A stretch of 64,000 nucleotides of DNA from Faecalibacterium sp. CAG:1138 (GTDB lineage: Bacteria; Bacillota; Clostridia; Christensenellales; CAG-917): assembly GCA_000434675.1 (NCBI GenBank), contig HF988637.1, forward strand, positions 31,244-95,243. The letters run 5' to 3'. The notes beneath the pieces are model-generated. The model saw only the letters and a list, made by a program, of their open reading frames with translations. It did not search any database and had not been told where the DNA came from. Positions within the stretch are counted from its first letter, which is position 1. Every line of letters begins with the position of its first letter. Made by a program: the position numbers and the translations under genes. Of this stretch, positions 1 through 9,536 are shown piece after piece.

Positions 1-1
1 C

Positions 2-3000
2 TACAAGCTGTCCGTTTCCACCACCAAAACGAGAACCGAAGACTGGATCGCCGTCAAGGTCACTTCCACCAGAGGCACGCAGATCTGGGCAGGCACTCTG
101 GCTGAATACAAACACGCCGTGGAAACCGGTATTCTTACCGATACTTTCGAATACGGCACGACCGTGGAACTTACCGTCGCCGTTCCTGAAGATCAGAAAG
201 ACGTTTACAGCTTCGAAGCTTGGGTAAACGCTTACGTGGCGGAAACCTACGGCAAAGATACCACTTACAAATTCTCCCTCAACAAAGATATGTACGTCAA
301 GGCGCAATTCGGCGTCGAACAGTACAGCATCATTTGGGAAGGCAACGAAATCGACAAGGCAGAAAAGGGTAGCGCTTTCCGCATCACCAGAAAGGCTCCG
401 GAAAGAGAAGGCTACACCTTCGTCGGCTGGAAGCACGCCGCAACAGATGAACTCATCACCGACGCAAACGGCGAAGGCCTCGGCGCATTCATGTTCAACA
501 GCGACAGCAACGTGGAAGGCGAATTCTACATCGTCGTTAAGCCTGGCTTCGTTGCAAATACCTACAGAATCGACGTTTCCGTCAGCGACGCCGAAGCGGG
601 CACCGCTATTTTGGAAACCAGCACCGGAAACGACGGCGAAATCGTTTACGACGGCTCCTACACCCTGACTGCGGTGACCAACCCGGGATACACCTTCGTC
701 GGCTGGTTCAGCATCGTCAACGGAACTCGTCAGAAGGTTTCGGACGGCAACGTTTTCGAAGTGGAAAAAGTGAAGAGCACCTCCGACGTCAGCTATGAAG
801 CCGTCTGGGAAGCAAACCGCTATCTGGTTAAGGTCACTCAAAACGATGGCACAGTAAGCCTGTACGTTGCTATCTTCGGCAAGGAATACTTGCTCAAAAT
901 CGGTGCGGAAGACGAACTCGACAAAGTTCAGGACGTTCAGGCAAACAGAGTGTTCACGCTTGGCGCAGACGCGCGCGAATTCTATGAATTTATCGGCTGG
1001 AAATACTCGCTCAGCAACGTCTTCTATCGTCTGACCGACGAAACCGGCGCTTTCACCGAGGAAAAATGGCACGTGCTTTCCGGCGTCGAAGCCGTTCCTG
1101 TGTGGCGCTCGATATACAACATCGCCGAGGACGGCAGCCTTGCTGGGCTTACCGATTACGGCATTGCAAACTACACCGAAATCACCGTTCCGAGCGTCGT
1201 CGAGCTTACCGACGAAGAAAAACTGACGGTTTCCAAGGTTACCGTTACGCAAATTGCGGCTAACGCTTTCGAAAACTGCGCGTTCCTCACCAAAGTTACC
1301 TTGTCCAACGACATCGTGACTATCGGCGAAGCGGCGTTTGACGGCTGCGTTAATCTTGCGGAATTCGTTATCGGCACCGAAAACGCGGGCGTCAGCCTTT
1401 CCAAGCTCACCGAAGTCGGCGCCAACGCTTTCAGAAACGCTACGGCTTTGGAAGCTATCGCGTTCCCTGTTACGGTTTCCGCTTACGGCGACAGCGTGCT
1501 TTCGGGTTGCAGCGGTCTTAAAGAAGTGTCTTACAACGGCAATATGGCGTTCGGCAAACTCTTCGGTTCGGACTCGTACGAAAACAGCTACTCGGTCATT
1601 CAGAACGGCGTGAACTACTACGTTCCGAATGTTCTGGTCAGCATTAAGGTTACCGCGGGCATAAGCAAAATCGCAAACTACTGCTTCGCAAATCTTACGA
1701 AGGTTGAAAACATCACCTATCCGGACACCGTTACCAGCATCGGTACCGCGGCGTTCGAAAACAGCGGCATAACCGCAGTTGACTTTACAAACATTATATA
1801 TATCGGCGCAAACGCATTCAGCCACACAAATCTTTCGTCGGCAACGCTTTCCGACAAACTCGAGGTTTGGGGCAGCGGCGCGTTCAGCTTCTGCGAAGCG
1901 CTTACAAGCGTCGTTATAAATCATAATCCGTCGGAAATCCCGTCCAGCCTGTTCGAAGGCTGCAAAGCCTTGACGAGCGTTGAGGGTGTGGACAGCGTTA
2001 TCCGCGTCGGCAAGGCCGCATTCAAGGATACCGCGCTTACCTCGTTTGCAACCGTCAACAACGTGGTTGCGGTCGGCGACTATGCGTTCAAGGGCGTAAC
2101 GAGCCTCGCAACCGACGGCTTTACGAAGGTTGCCAGCATCGGCATCGAAGCTTTCGAAGCAACGGACGTTATCGGTCAGGTGTTCTACAAGGCTGCGGAC
2201 GCAAGCTCCGTTATTCCTGACGGCGTGCTGTACGTCGCGCCTCAAGCGTTCAAGGGCCTCGCGGTAACAAGCGTAGCTATCCCTGCTTCCATCATCGAAA
2301 TCGGCGAAGGCGCGTTTGAAAACTGCACGAGCCTTGCTTCCGTAACGTTTGCTGCGGCCGCAAGCATAAGATACATTTTGCCGAGAGCGTTCTACGGCTG
2401 CACGGCGCTTAACGGCTTCACCGTTCCGACGTCGGTAGTTCAGATCGGCTACGAAGCGTTTGCATCGTCGGGACTTCAGACAATAGATCTTGCCGCGGCA
2501 ACAGGCCTCAGAGTGGTTGGCGACAGAGCGTTTGCTTACTCCAAGCTTTCCGCAATCGTGCTGCCTGATAGCGTCAGGTCGCTCGGCACCGAAGCGTTCA
2601 GAGGCGTCGTAACCCTTTCAAGCGCAAACATCGGTTCGCTCACCGCTATCCCTGACGGCACCTTCAGAGGCTGCTCGAATCTTAACGAATTCACCGTAAA
2701 CGAAGCCATCGTTTCCATCGGCGACAAAGCGTTTGCCGAAAGCGGTATCGTGAAAGTGATCGTTGAAGGCGTGAGCGCAGACAAAGATGAAAGCGCGCTG
2801 GCGAAAATCGGCGAATTCGCATTCGAAAACGCAGAAAAGTTTACGGGCTTTGTCAGAAACGAATACACCAGACCAAAAAAGGATGCGGAAGGCAACCCTG
2901 TTTATGAAATGGAAGCCGACGGCGTTACCCCGAAAAAGGACGCAGACGGAAAGCCTATTCCTGTTATGGAAACCGTTTCCGGCGGCAGGGGACTTCCTGA

Positions 3001-3799
3001 AAAAGTCGAAAACGTAGGCAGCGGAGCGTTCAAAGGCAACGTCAAACTTGCGGAGTTTGCGGCAACGGGACTTAAGAAACTTGCAGACAATCTGTTTGCC
3101 GGTTGCGAGGCCTTGGAAGAAGTCAGAATCGGTCAGGTTACCGAAATCGGCGACTACGCGTTCTATAACTGCAAAGCGCTCACCGACATCTACTACGGCT
3201 CGGGCGACAAGGCTGTTATTAACAAGTTCGGCGCAAGCCTTGCTTCCATCGGCGACAGCGCGTTTGAAAACTGCGTGAACCTGTTCGATCAGAACATCAA
3301 TTCTTCGCTTACGGCACTCACCGAAATCGGAAACAAAGCGTTCTACGACAACAAGCTCATCACCGCTTTGGAAATTCCGCAAAAGGTTACCGTGATCGGC
3401 AGCGAAGCTTTCAGCGGCTGCAGCTCGGTGTCCACGCTCACTTTCCAGGAAGGCTCCGCGCTCACCACGATCGGCTACGAAGCGTTCCGCGGCTGCAGAG
3501 GTATCACCGAAGTTAAATTCGGCGACACGCTGTCCGTCATCGAAAGAGACGCGTTCGGCGGTTGCTCCTCGCTTGAAACCATCGTTTTCGGCAAGGGTAT
3601 CACCTCCATCGGCGCAAGAGCGTTCGCAGGAATCAAAGCAAACGCGAAGGTCAAATTCGTGGGCGAAAAAGCTCCTATTCTGGACGCTAACGCTTTCGAC
3701 CAAGACGCAGAACTTTCGGTCAAATGGCTGTACGAAGAAGCGTACAAATCCACCGAAGGCTGGGCAGGATACAACGTGGTTGTGTACTACGAAGTCTAA
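2..3799 (+). CDS. Cell-surface leucine-rich-repeat protein (BspA-like LRR) with N-terminal Listeria-Bacteroides-type repeats; the 5' end lies upstream of the window
   Basis: The frame is open from nt 2, with no stop before the listed M at 119. GYTFVGW/YEFIGW motifs repeat in the first ~330 aa. More than 20 degenerate ~23-aa repeats of the type I..IG..AF..C..L..V.IP follow. Stop TAA at 3797-3799. Confidence 0.8.
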   Translation, partial: YKLSVSTTKTRTEDWIAVKVTSTRGTQIWAGTLAEYKHAVETGILTDTFEYGTTVELTVAVPEDQKDVYSFEAWVNAYVAETYGKDTTYKFSLNKDMYVKAQFGVEQYSIIWEGNEIDKAEKGSAFRITRKAPEREGYTFVGWKHAATDELITDANGEGLGAFMFNSDSNVEGEFYIVVKPGFVANTYRIDVSVSDAEAGTAILETSTGNDGEIVYDGSYTLTAVTNPGYTFVGWFSIVNGTRQKVSDGNVFEVEKVKSTSDVSYEAVWEANRYLVKVTQNDGTVSLYVAIFGKEYLLKIGAEDELDKVQDVQANRVFTLGADAREFYEFIGWKYSLSNVFYRLTDETGAFTEEKWHVLSGVEAVPVWRSIYNIAEDGSLAGLTDYGIANYTEITVPSVVELTDEEKLTVSKVTVTQIAANAFENCAFLTKVTLSNDIVTIGEAAFDGCVNLAEFVIGTENAGVSLSKLTEVGANAFRNATALEAIAFPVTVSAYGDSVLSGCSGLKEVSYNGNMAFGKLFGSDSYENSYSVIQNGVNYYVPNVLVSIKVTAGISKIANYCFANLTKVENITYPDTVTSIGTAAFENSGITAVDFTNIIYIGANAFSHTNLSSATLSDKLEVWGSGAFSFCEALTSVVINHNPSEIPSSLFEGCKALTSVEGVDSVIRVGKAAFKDTALTSFATVNNVVAVGDYAFKGVTSLATDGFTKVASIGIEAFEATDVIGQVFYKAADASSVIPDGVLYVAPQAFKGLAVTSVAIPASIIEIGEGAFENCTSLASVTFAAAASIRYILPRAFYGCTALNGFTVPTSVVQIGYEAFASSGLQTIDLAAATGLRVVGDRAFAYSKLSAIVLPDSVRSLGTEAFRGVVTLSSANIGSLTAIPDGTFRGCSNLNEFTVNEAIVSIGDKAFAESGIVKVIVEGVSADKDESALAKIGEFAFENAEKFTGFVRNEYTRPKKDAEGNPVYEMEADGVTPKKDADGKPIPVMETVSGGRGLPEKVENVGSGAFKGNVKLAEFAATGLKKLADNLFAGCEALEEVRIGQVTEIGDYAFYNCKALTDIYYGSGDKAVINKFGASLASIGDSAFENCVNLFDQNINSSLTALTEIGNKAFYDNKLITALEIPQKVTVIGSEAFSGCSSVSTLTFQEGSALTTIGYEAFRGCRGITEVKFGDTLSVIERDAFGGCSSLETIVFGKGITSIGARAFAGIKANAKVKFVGEKAPILDANAFDQDAELSVKWLYEEAYKSTEGWAGYNVVVYYEV

Positions 3800-3821
3800 A
3801 TCAAAAACAAAAATCAAAACG

Positions 3822-3848
3822 AAAACCCCGCAAAACGCGGGGTTTTTT
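3822..3848. terminator. Bidirectional rho-independent terminator
   Basis: Hairpin CCCCGC-aaaac-GCGGGG is flanked by an A-run (3822-3825) and a T-run (3843-3848). It lies between convergent CDSs. Confidence 0.75.
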
Positions 3849-3865
3849 GTGCGAAAAAATTCGAA

Positions 3866-5059
3866 TTATTTTGAAGAAGGGGTCTCGGAAAGAGAAGAAG
3901 AGTTAAGTTCCTTGCGGTAGGCAAGCTTCAAAAGAATCGGCGTCATGATGCTTCCGACGATAACGAGAATTATCACGAACGGCATAAAGTCGGAGGAAAT
4001 CAAACCGGCGTTCACGCCTTTTTGAGTGGTGATGAGCGCAACTTCCGCCCTCGCCATCATACCGATGCCCACTTTGACGCTGTCTTCACCCGAAAAACCG
4101 CACATTTTTGCGCCTGCCGAGCAACCGATAAATTTGCCCGCAAAGCCCAGAAGAACCCATATAAGGCCGAAAGCAATCAGCTTGCTGTCGAAGTTCTGGA
4201 AGCGGCACGCAATGCTTATGTGCGCAAAGAAGATAGGCGAGAAGAGCATATAACTGCTTTGATCGACGCGGCGTTCGATATACTTTGCGTCCCTTGTGTC
4301 GCTGAAAATTACGCCGGCTATGAACGCGCCGACGATTTCGGCAAGCCCGAACAGATTTTCGGCCATAAACGCAAACAGCAAGCACGTGCAAAGCCCTAAA
4401 ATAGGAAGACGGCGGTGATGCTCGTATTTGTGTTCCATGATTTTGAAAACCTGATTTATGATGATGCCGACGGCAATCGCAATAACGAAGAAGAACAGGG
4501 TGTTGAGAACTGTGTCCGCAACTCGCGCGCCCGGAACGCTTTGCCCGATGACGACGGTGAGAATGATCAAGCCGATGACGTCGTCCAGAACCGCCGCAGA
4601 CAAAACGGAAGTGCCGACTTTGCCGTTAAGCTTGCCGAGTTCTTTGAGGGTGGCCACGGTGAGCGCTACGCTGGTGGCCGTCAGAATGACGCCGTAGTAA
4701 AGGTTCTGAATCATCTTTTCGCGGTCGCCGACTCCTCTGAACAGGCAGGCCGCGCCGAAGCCCAGAGCCATAGGCACGATTACGCCCAAAAGAGTGATGA
4801 CGACGGACGGTTTGCCGGCAGAGCGAATCCGCTTGAGGTCGGTTTCGAGACCTGCGGAAAACATTATGAAAACCACGCCGATTTGGGATATGCCGGAAAG
4901 CAGATCGCTGTCGCGCACCCAGCCCAAAAGGTTAGGCCCCAGAATAAGCCCCGCAAGAAGCGCGCCTATAACTTCGGGAAGCTTGAGCTTGCGCATAACA
5001 AGCCCCAACGCTTTTGACAAAAACAATATAAGCGCCAAGCTGAAAAAGATGGAATCCAT
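3866..5059 (-). CDS. Cation:proton antiporter (Na+/H+ exchanger, CPA family)
   Basis: 397 aa and hydrophobic throughout, with many predicted TM spans. The N-terminus LSKALGLVMRKLKLPEVIGALLAGLILGP is typical of Na_H_Exchanger family proteins. Confidence 0.85.
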   Translation of the reverse strand: MDSIFFSLALILFLSKALGLVMRKLKLPEVIGALLAGLILGPNLLGWVRDSDLLSGISQIGVVFIMFSAGLETDLKRIRSAGKPSVVITLLGVIVPMALGFGAACLFRGVGDREKMIQNLYYGVILTATSVALTVATLKELGKLNGKVGTSVLSAAVLDDVIGLIILTVVIGQSVPGARVADTVLNTLFFFVIAIAVGIIINQVFKIMEHKYEHHRRLPILGLCTCLLFAFMAENLFGLAEIVGAFIAGVIFSDTRDAKYIERRVDQSSYMLFSPIFFAHISIACRFQNFDSKLIAFGLIWVLLGFAGKFIGCSAGAKMCGFSGEDSVKVGIGMMARAEVALITTQKGVNAGLISSDFMPFVIILVIVGSIMTPILLKLAYRKELNSSSLSETPSSK

Positions 5060-5138
5060 AATATTTCTCCGATGTTTATTTACGATTGATAATTATATCA
5101 CCATAAAAAAACTTGTCAACAAATTGGCGAGCTTTTCG

Positions 5139-5167
5139 TTGCAAACTTAAAATATATTTGTTATACT
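5139..5167 (+). promoter_or_regulatory. Sigma-A-type promoter candidate (possibly giving a leaderless mRNA)
   Basis: TTGCAA (5139-5144), 17 nt spacer, TATACT (5162-5167). Only 6 nt separate the -10 from ATG 5174, and no Shine-Dalgarno is present. Confidence 0.4.
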
Positions 5168-5173
5168 AACATT

Positions 5174-6361
5174 ATGAGTAATACGATATACGACGTCATC
5201 GTGGTCGGCGGGGGAGCTTCGGGGCTTTTCCTTGCGGCGCGATTGGACGAAAAACTTAAGGTGCTGGTGCTGGAGAGCGGCGAAAAGGTAGGGAAGAAAA
5301 TCCTTGCCTCAGGCAACGGAAAATGCAATTTGTCAAACGTGGCAATCGACGTTTCCGAGTACAACAATCTTTTCGTCAAAAACGCTTTGGAAAGTTTCGA
5401 AACGCGTGATACGCTGAGTTTTTTTTCGAGCCTCGGACTTAAGGCGAAGGTTGACGAAGCGGGACGAATTTATCCGTACAGCGAAACCGCGTCGAGCGTG
5501 CTGGACGTTTTGAGAAAAAAACTCGAAAACAACAAAGTTACGACGATAACGGGCGTTAAGGTTGACAAAATAGAACATAAAGACCTCTTTATCGCAAAAT
5601 GCGGAAACGAGGTTTTTAAGGCGAAAACTCTGGTTCTGGCAACCGGAAGCAAGGCGGGGTTCGGGCTGAACAGTCAGGAGTTGCTGGTCTCTTTCGGGCA
5701 CAGCGTCAGGCCGCTTACGCCGTCGCTTGTGCCGCTTAAATGCGACGCGTCGAAAATCAGGGGCCTTGGGGGAGTCAGGGCAAAATGCAGAGCCACGCTC
5801 TATAAGGACGGCGCGCCAGTGCAATCGGAGAACGGGGAAGTGCTGTTTAAGGACTTCGGACTTTCGGGCATTGCGATTTTCAATCTGTCGGCTTCGGTGG
5901 CAAGAGTTTCGGGCGACTACGAAATCGGCCTGAACTTTTTGCCGGATATGGACGTTTCGGACGTTGCGGAATACTTTGTGGACCGATACGAAAAACTCGG
6001 GCTTAAAACTGCTGAGGAGTTTTTTGTGGGAGTGTTCCACAAAAACGTCGCCAAAAACATTTTTGCGGCGGCAGGAATCGAGGAGGTTTCCGAAAAAAAC
6101 ATTGCAAAACTGGTGAGAGCGGCGATCGACTTCAGGGTTAAGGTGATTGCGCCGTGCGATTTCAGTTTGGCGCAGGTGTCGTCCGGCGGGCTTAAAACCG
6201 CAGACTTCGACGAAAAAACTATGGAATCGAAACTGCAAAAAGGGCTTTACGCCGTGGGCGAAGCGTTGGACGTGGACGGCGTTTGCGGAGGATTCAATCT
6301 GCAATGGGCCTGGAGCAGCGCGGCCGCGGCGGCAAAGAGCATAAACGAAAATTTGAAATAG
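5174..6361 (+). CDS. NAD(P)/FAD-dependent oxidoreductase, HI0933/BaiN-like flavoprotein
   Basis: 395 aa. The N-terminal dinucleotide fold is YDVIVVGGGASGL...LVLE, followed by KILASGNGKCNLSN. The C-terminus GGFNLQWAWSSG-like is typical of the HI0933 family. Confidence 0.85.
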   Translation: MSNTIYDVIVVGGGASGLFLAARLDEKLKVLVLESGEKVGKKILASGNGKCNLSNVAIDVSEYNNLFVKNALESFETRDTLSFFSSLGLKAKVDEAGRIYPYSETASSVLDVLRKKLENNKVTTITGVKVDKIEHKDLFIAKCGNEVFKAKTLVLATGSKAGFGLNSQELLVSFGHSVRPLTPSLVPLKCDASKIRGLGGVRAKCRATLYKDGAPVQSENGEVLFKDFGLSGIAIFNLSASVARVSGDYEIGLNFLPDMDVSDVAEYFVDRYEKLGLKTAEEFFVGVFHKNVAKNIFAAAGIEEVSEKNIAKLVRAAIDFRVKVIAPCDFSLAQVSSGGLKTADFDEKTMESKLQKGLYAVGEALDVDGVCGGFNLQWAWSSAAAAAKSINENLK

Positions 6362-6364
6362 AAA

Positions 6365-6395
6365 ACGCGACGGAATTCCGTCGCGTATTTTTTTT
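6365..6395. terminator. Bidirectional rho-independent terminator
   Basis: Perfect 9-bp stem ACGCGACGG-aatt-CCGTCGCGT followed by T8 (6388-6395), with an A-run upstream. It lies between convergent CDSs. Confidence 0.8.
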
Positions 6396-6406
6396 GCCGT
6401 AAAACG

Positions 6407-7354
6407 CTATTGTCTGACGTCTTCGCCGTCGAATTCGAAAACGAAAGTGTTGTTTTTGTCCACGAGTCGGCTGAAAACTCTGTCGCCGTAAAAATCCTTG
6501 AGGCTGCCGTCTTTCAAGGAAAGATTTGAGGTGTAAACGGTGCATTTGCCGTGATTCTGCCTGGTGGAAAGCACTCGGAACAGATATTCCACGGTTACGT
6601 TTCGTATGCGTTGTTCGCTGCCCAGATCGTCAAGAACGAGAAGGTCGGAGCTTAAAATATCTTCGATATAGATCCCGCGATCGGAAATCGGGGTGGTGTG
6701 ATATTTGGTCATCAGCCTGGTGAAATCGAAGGCCGTCAGAAACATCACGGTGTAGCCTTTGTCCAGAACCGCGTTTGCAATGGCGGAAGCCACGCAGGTT
6801 TTGCCGGTGCCGGTGTTGCCCAGAATCAGAAAGTTTTTGTATTTTTTAGGCGGGAAACGGTCGGAATATTCGTGCGCGCGCTTGTAAAGCTTTTCCATCG
6901 AGGTGCGGTGTTCTGGGTTTTTGAAAACCGAAAAATCGCAATCGGAAAACTTGAAATCGGCGTTGACCAAAAGGCCTGCCGCTTGTTTGAGCTTTTCGGA
7001 ATAAAGCCTCTTGAAGCAGACGCAAAGCTCGCCGGACGGGGTTCTTCCCGTGTCGCCGCAAATGCTGCACTGAGGCTTTACGGAAAAGTAGTTTGCGGGA
7101 AGTCCCATTTCGGCCATAACCTTTTTGAGGGATTTTTCTGCCGCGGCAAGAGAGGAGATTTCCGCCTTGCAGTCCTTGCCCGAAACTTCTTTTTTGGCAA
7201 TTTCAAATTCCAGATCCCTTATTTTGTCGTCGAGGGCGCGAAAGTCGGCGTTCTTCCTTGCTTCGTCAAGGCGGAGAAGATATTCGGCTTTACGCTGTTT
7301 TTGCAGGTTTTCGTAGTGGGCGAAAACTTGCTCCAAAAGTTGACCTTTGTTCAT
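6407..7354 (-). CDS. dnaI: Replicative helicase loader, DnaI/DnaC-type AAA+ ATPase
   Basis: Walker A GNTGTGKTCV and Walker B LLVLDDLG are present. A Cys cluster CSICGDTG...CVCF lies upstream of the AAA+ core. The gene is directly downstream of a DnaD-domain gene, as in the B. subtilis dnaB-dnaI operon. Confidence 0.75.
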   Translation of the reverse strand: MNKGQLLEQVFAHYENLQKQRKAEYLLRLDEARKNADFRALDDKIRDLEFEIAKKEVSGKDCKAEISSLAAAEKSLKKVMAEMGLPANYFSVKPQCSICGDTGRTPSGELCVCFKRLYSEKLKQAAGLLVNADFKFSDCDFSVFKNPEHRTSMEKLYKRAHEYSDRFPPKKYKNFLILGNTGTGKTCVASAIANAVLDKGYTVMFLTAFDFTRLMTKYHTTPISDRGIYIEDILSSDLLVLDDLGSEQRIRNVTVEYLFRVLSTRQNHGKCTVYTSNLSLKDGSLKDFYGDRVFSRLVDKNNTFVFEFDGEDVRQ

Positions 7355-7362
7355 AGTTACTC

Positions 7363-8823
7363 CTAAAATTCCACGTCGTCGATGGTCGGACGATCGGAAA
7401 ATACCGAGCGAAGCTCCTCTTTGGTGTATTCGCGGTTTTCGATGTTTTTGTAGACGGTGCCGGCGGCAGAAGAATTAAAGCGCGGAGAAGACAGATATTC
7501 TTCCGCTTTTGCGGCTGTTTCGATTTTGTTTTCCTTAAGCTCGGCCAAGGTTTTGTTGATGCCGCCGAGGGTGTACTTGGACGCGCCGGAATGCGCCGCC
7601 GCAATTTTTATGACGTCGTCCGAAAAACCCCAGTCCATGCTCCACACGCGGTAGTAGTCGCGGTCCTTTTCGGTGACCGAGCGGGAGGAACCGGAAAGTT
7701 CCAGCACGCTTTTTAAGAAGCGGTCGTCGTCAAGAAGCTTGCCGATGTATTCGTTTATGCTGCGGGTGTTCCAAAGCCCCATTTTCAGGAACTTTTTGAC
7801 GTAGGAGTCCATGCCGTTTAAGGTGCGGATACCGGACATAAAGCAGTACTTTGCGACGGTTAAAACCGCTTCTTCGTCAAAACCCGACACAAGCCACGGC
7901 GCAATATAGGTTTCGATTTCGCCGTCCACGGACTCGTAGAAAACGCCGATTGCGGAGTTGACCTTTATGGCAAGATCCCTCATTTTTTCGCGCTCTGCGT
8001 TGTACGCTTTCATCTCTTTTTCGGAAAAAACGCTCAGGCGATAGAACTCGTCCAGAATCTGATCCAGCTTTTTGAAACCGCCTTTGCCTTTGACGCTTTT
8101 TGCGGCGTATATAACCGCGTCCACGGGGAAGCCCCAGTTTTTCGTCCATTTGACGAAGGCTTGCTTTTCTTCCAAATCCACGGAACCGGATTTTCGGCCG
8201 AGAGCTTTCAAAATTTCGCGCATGCTTTCGTCCAGAGCGTCGTATTCTTTGAGCTTGGCTTCGACGTCGGCGGCAGTGCGGACGCCGTCGGCCGCCCAGC
8301 TTCTCGCCACGGCCTGAACGTATTGAAGGCGTATGGACTGGCCCTTGAGCTGAATGCAGTATTGAATGATCATCAGCATGGCGTCGGGAAGTATGCCCGT
8401 CTGATCCATGGTTTCGTAGAGAAGGACAAACTCGTTCTGCACCAGCGCGCGGTCGGAAAACAGATCCTGCGCCTGAAGGTTGAAATCGTAATATTTTTCC
8501 GATTTGTATTTTTTCGGCGGTTGTTTTGCGCCTTTTAAGGACAAATATTTTACTTCCAGCGGATTTTGGGATATAATTTGAAGTAGGCCGTTGTCTTCCC
8601 AGAATTTGAAAACGGAATACAACTCGTCCGGCTTAAGGCCCAAAACGGCGGTGAGGTTTTCCTCCGAGCTGTCGGACGTCGGATTTGAGCAAAGATAGAG
8701 GCCGTAAAGATAGACCTTTATTTGATTTTCGGTTGCGGAAGGAAGGTATTCGTTGATGAACAGATTGTCCACCAAAGTGAACGTTTCCATAAGATAATCG
8801 CTTGAAAATTTGCAGACCGACAC
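7363..8823 (-). CDS. DnaD-domain replication initiation / membrane attachment protein (Firmicute DnaB type)
   Basis: 486 aa. GTG start at 8823 is preceded by GGAGGAG. The protein is helical and DnaD/DnaB_2-like, and the gene is co-oriented with and 8 nt upstream of the loader gene. Confidence 0.65.
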   Translation of the reverse strand: MSVCKFSSDYLMETFTLVDNLFINEYLPSATENQIKVYLYGLYLCSNPTSDSSEENLTAVLGLKPDELYSVFKFWEDNGLLQIISQNPLEVKYLSLKGAKQPPKKYKSEKYYDFNLQAQDLFSDRALVQNEFVLLYETMDQTGILPDAMLMIIQYCIQLKGQSIRLQYVQAVARSWAADGVRTAADVEAKLKEYDALDESMREILKALGRKSGSVDLEEKQAFVKWTKNWGFPVDAVIYAAKSVKGKGGFKKLDQILDEFYRLSVFSEKEMKAYNAEREKMRDLAIKVNSAIGVFYESVDGEIETYIAPWLVSGFDEEAVLTVAKYCFMSGIRTLNGMDSYVKKFLKMGLWNTRSINEYIGKLLDDDRFLKSVLELSGSSRSVTEKDRDYYRVWSMDWGFSDDVIKIAAAHSGASKYTLGGINKTLAELKENKIETAAKAEEYLSSPRFNSSAAGTVYKNIENREYTKEELRSVFSDRPTIDDVEF

Positions 8824-8896
8824 GGGAACTCCTCCAAAAAATTAGGTGCTTGTTTTGTAATATAGCATACATTGAAAACAAAAACAAGCGAATTTC

Positions 8897-8932
8897 AAAA
8901 AAAATGTCCCCTCCACTATATATAGTGGAAGG
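8897..8932 (-). terminator. Rho-independent terminator of queT
   Basis: Palindrome CCACTATA/TATAGTGG (8913-8928) extends to 8909-8932. On the minus strand it is followed by a U-run (A8 at 8897-8904 on the plus strand). Confidence 0.65.
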
Positions 8933-8966
8933 AAGGAAATCGGCCACAACTGCACACAATATATCG

Positions 8967-9425
8967 TCATTTAAGACGTTTTTCGAGAGCAATGACCAAC
9001 GGCTCGCCGAGAGCGTAAAGTATGACGCTTTCCGAGGCAAGAATACTTAAAAAATTGATTATCCACATTTCGTCCGAACCCATAAAATGCCACATCGTCG
9101 GAAGGACGACGGCGTTAAGAAGAACGGGCGGAAGCGGCGCGAGCCAGCGGTTTTTGATTTTTGAGGTTATAAGCGCCGCAACGAGCGTCGTCAAGGTGCC
9201 GAAAACCACGTCGTAGATGCCGAAAGCGGAGAACGCGTTCGTCAGCAGGCAGCCGAGCGTGACGCCCCATATAGCTTCGGGCATAAAAAAAGGAAGCAGC
9301 GTCAACGCTTCTGCAACACGGAACTGAACCGGTCCGTAGGTTATGACGGGTACGGCCGCCGACAGCGCAAAATACAGCGCCGCAATGACCGCGCCCCTCG
9401 TGAGACGCAATGTGCTTTTTTTCAT
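8967..9425 (-). CDS. queT: Queuosine-precursor transporter QueT
   Basis: Small multi-TM protein reading MKKSTLRLTRGAVIAALYFALS...FRVAEALTLLPFF. I chose the ATG at 9425 (SD GGAG 9 nt upstream) rather than the listed TTG at 9500. A preQ1 riboswitch lies directly upstream. Confidence 0.8.
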   Translation of the reverse strand: MKKSTLRLTRGAVIAALYFALSAAVPVITYGPVQFRVAEALTLLPFFMPEAIWGVTLGCLLTNAFSAFGIYDVVFGTLTTLVAALITSKIKNRWLAPLPPVLLNAVVLPTMWHFMGSDEMWIINFLSILASESVILYALGEPLVIALEKRLK

Positions 9426-9432
9426 AAAAACT

Positions 9433-9475
9433 ATCTCCGGTATTTTTTTGATGGGTAGCCGAATGAACCATCGCA
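9433..9475 (-). promoter_or_regulatory. preQ1-I riboswitch
   Basis: The minus strand reads UGCGAUGGUUCAUUCGGCUACCCAUCAAAAAAAUACCGGAGAU. P1 is GAUGG/CCAUC, the loop has UUC...CUAC, and an A-rich tail follows. Tail CCG can pair with loop CGG (P2) next to SD GGAG. The downstream gene is queT. Confidence 0.7.
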
Positions 9476-9536
9476 TAAAATATAACACAATTATTAACAA
9501 ATTTCAACCGATTTGACGTCGGCAAAAGGAGGCAAA

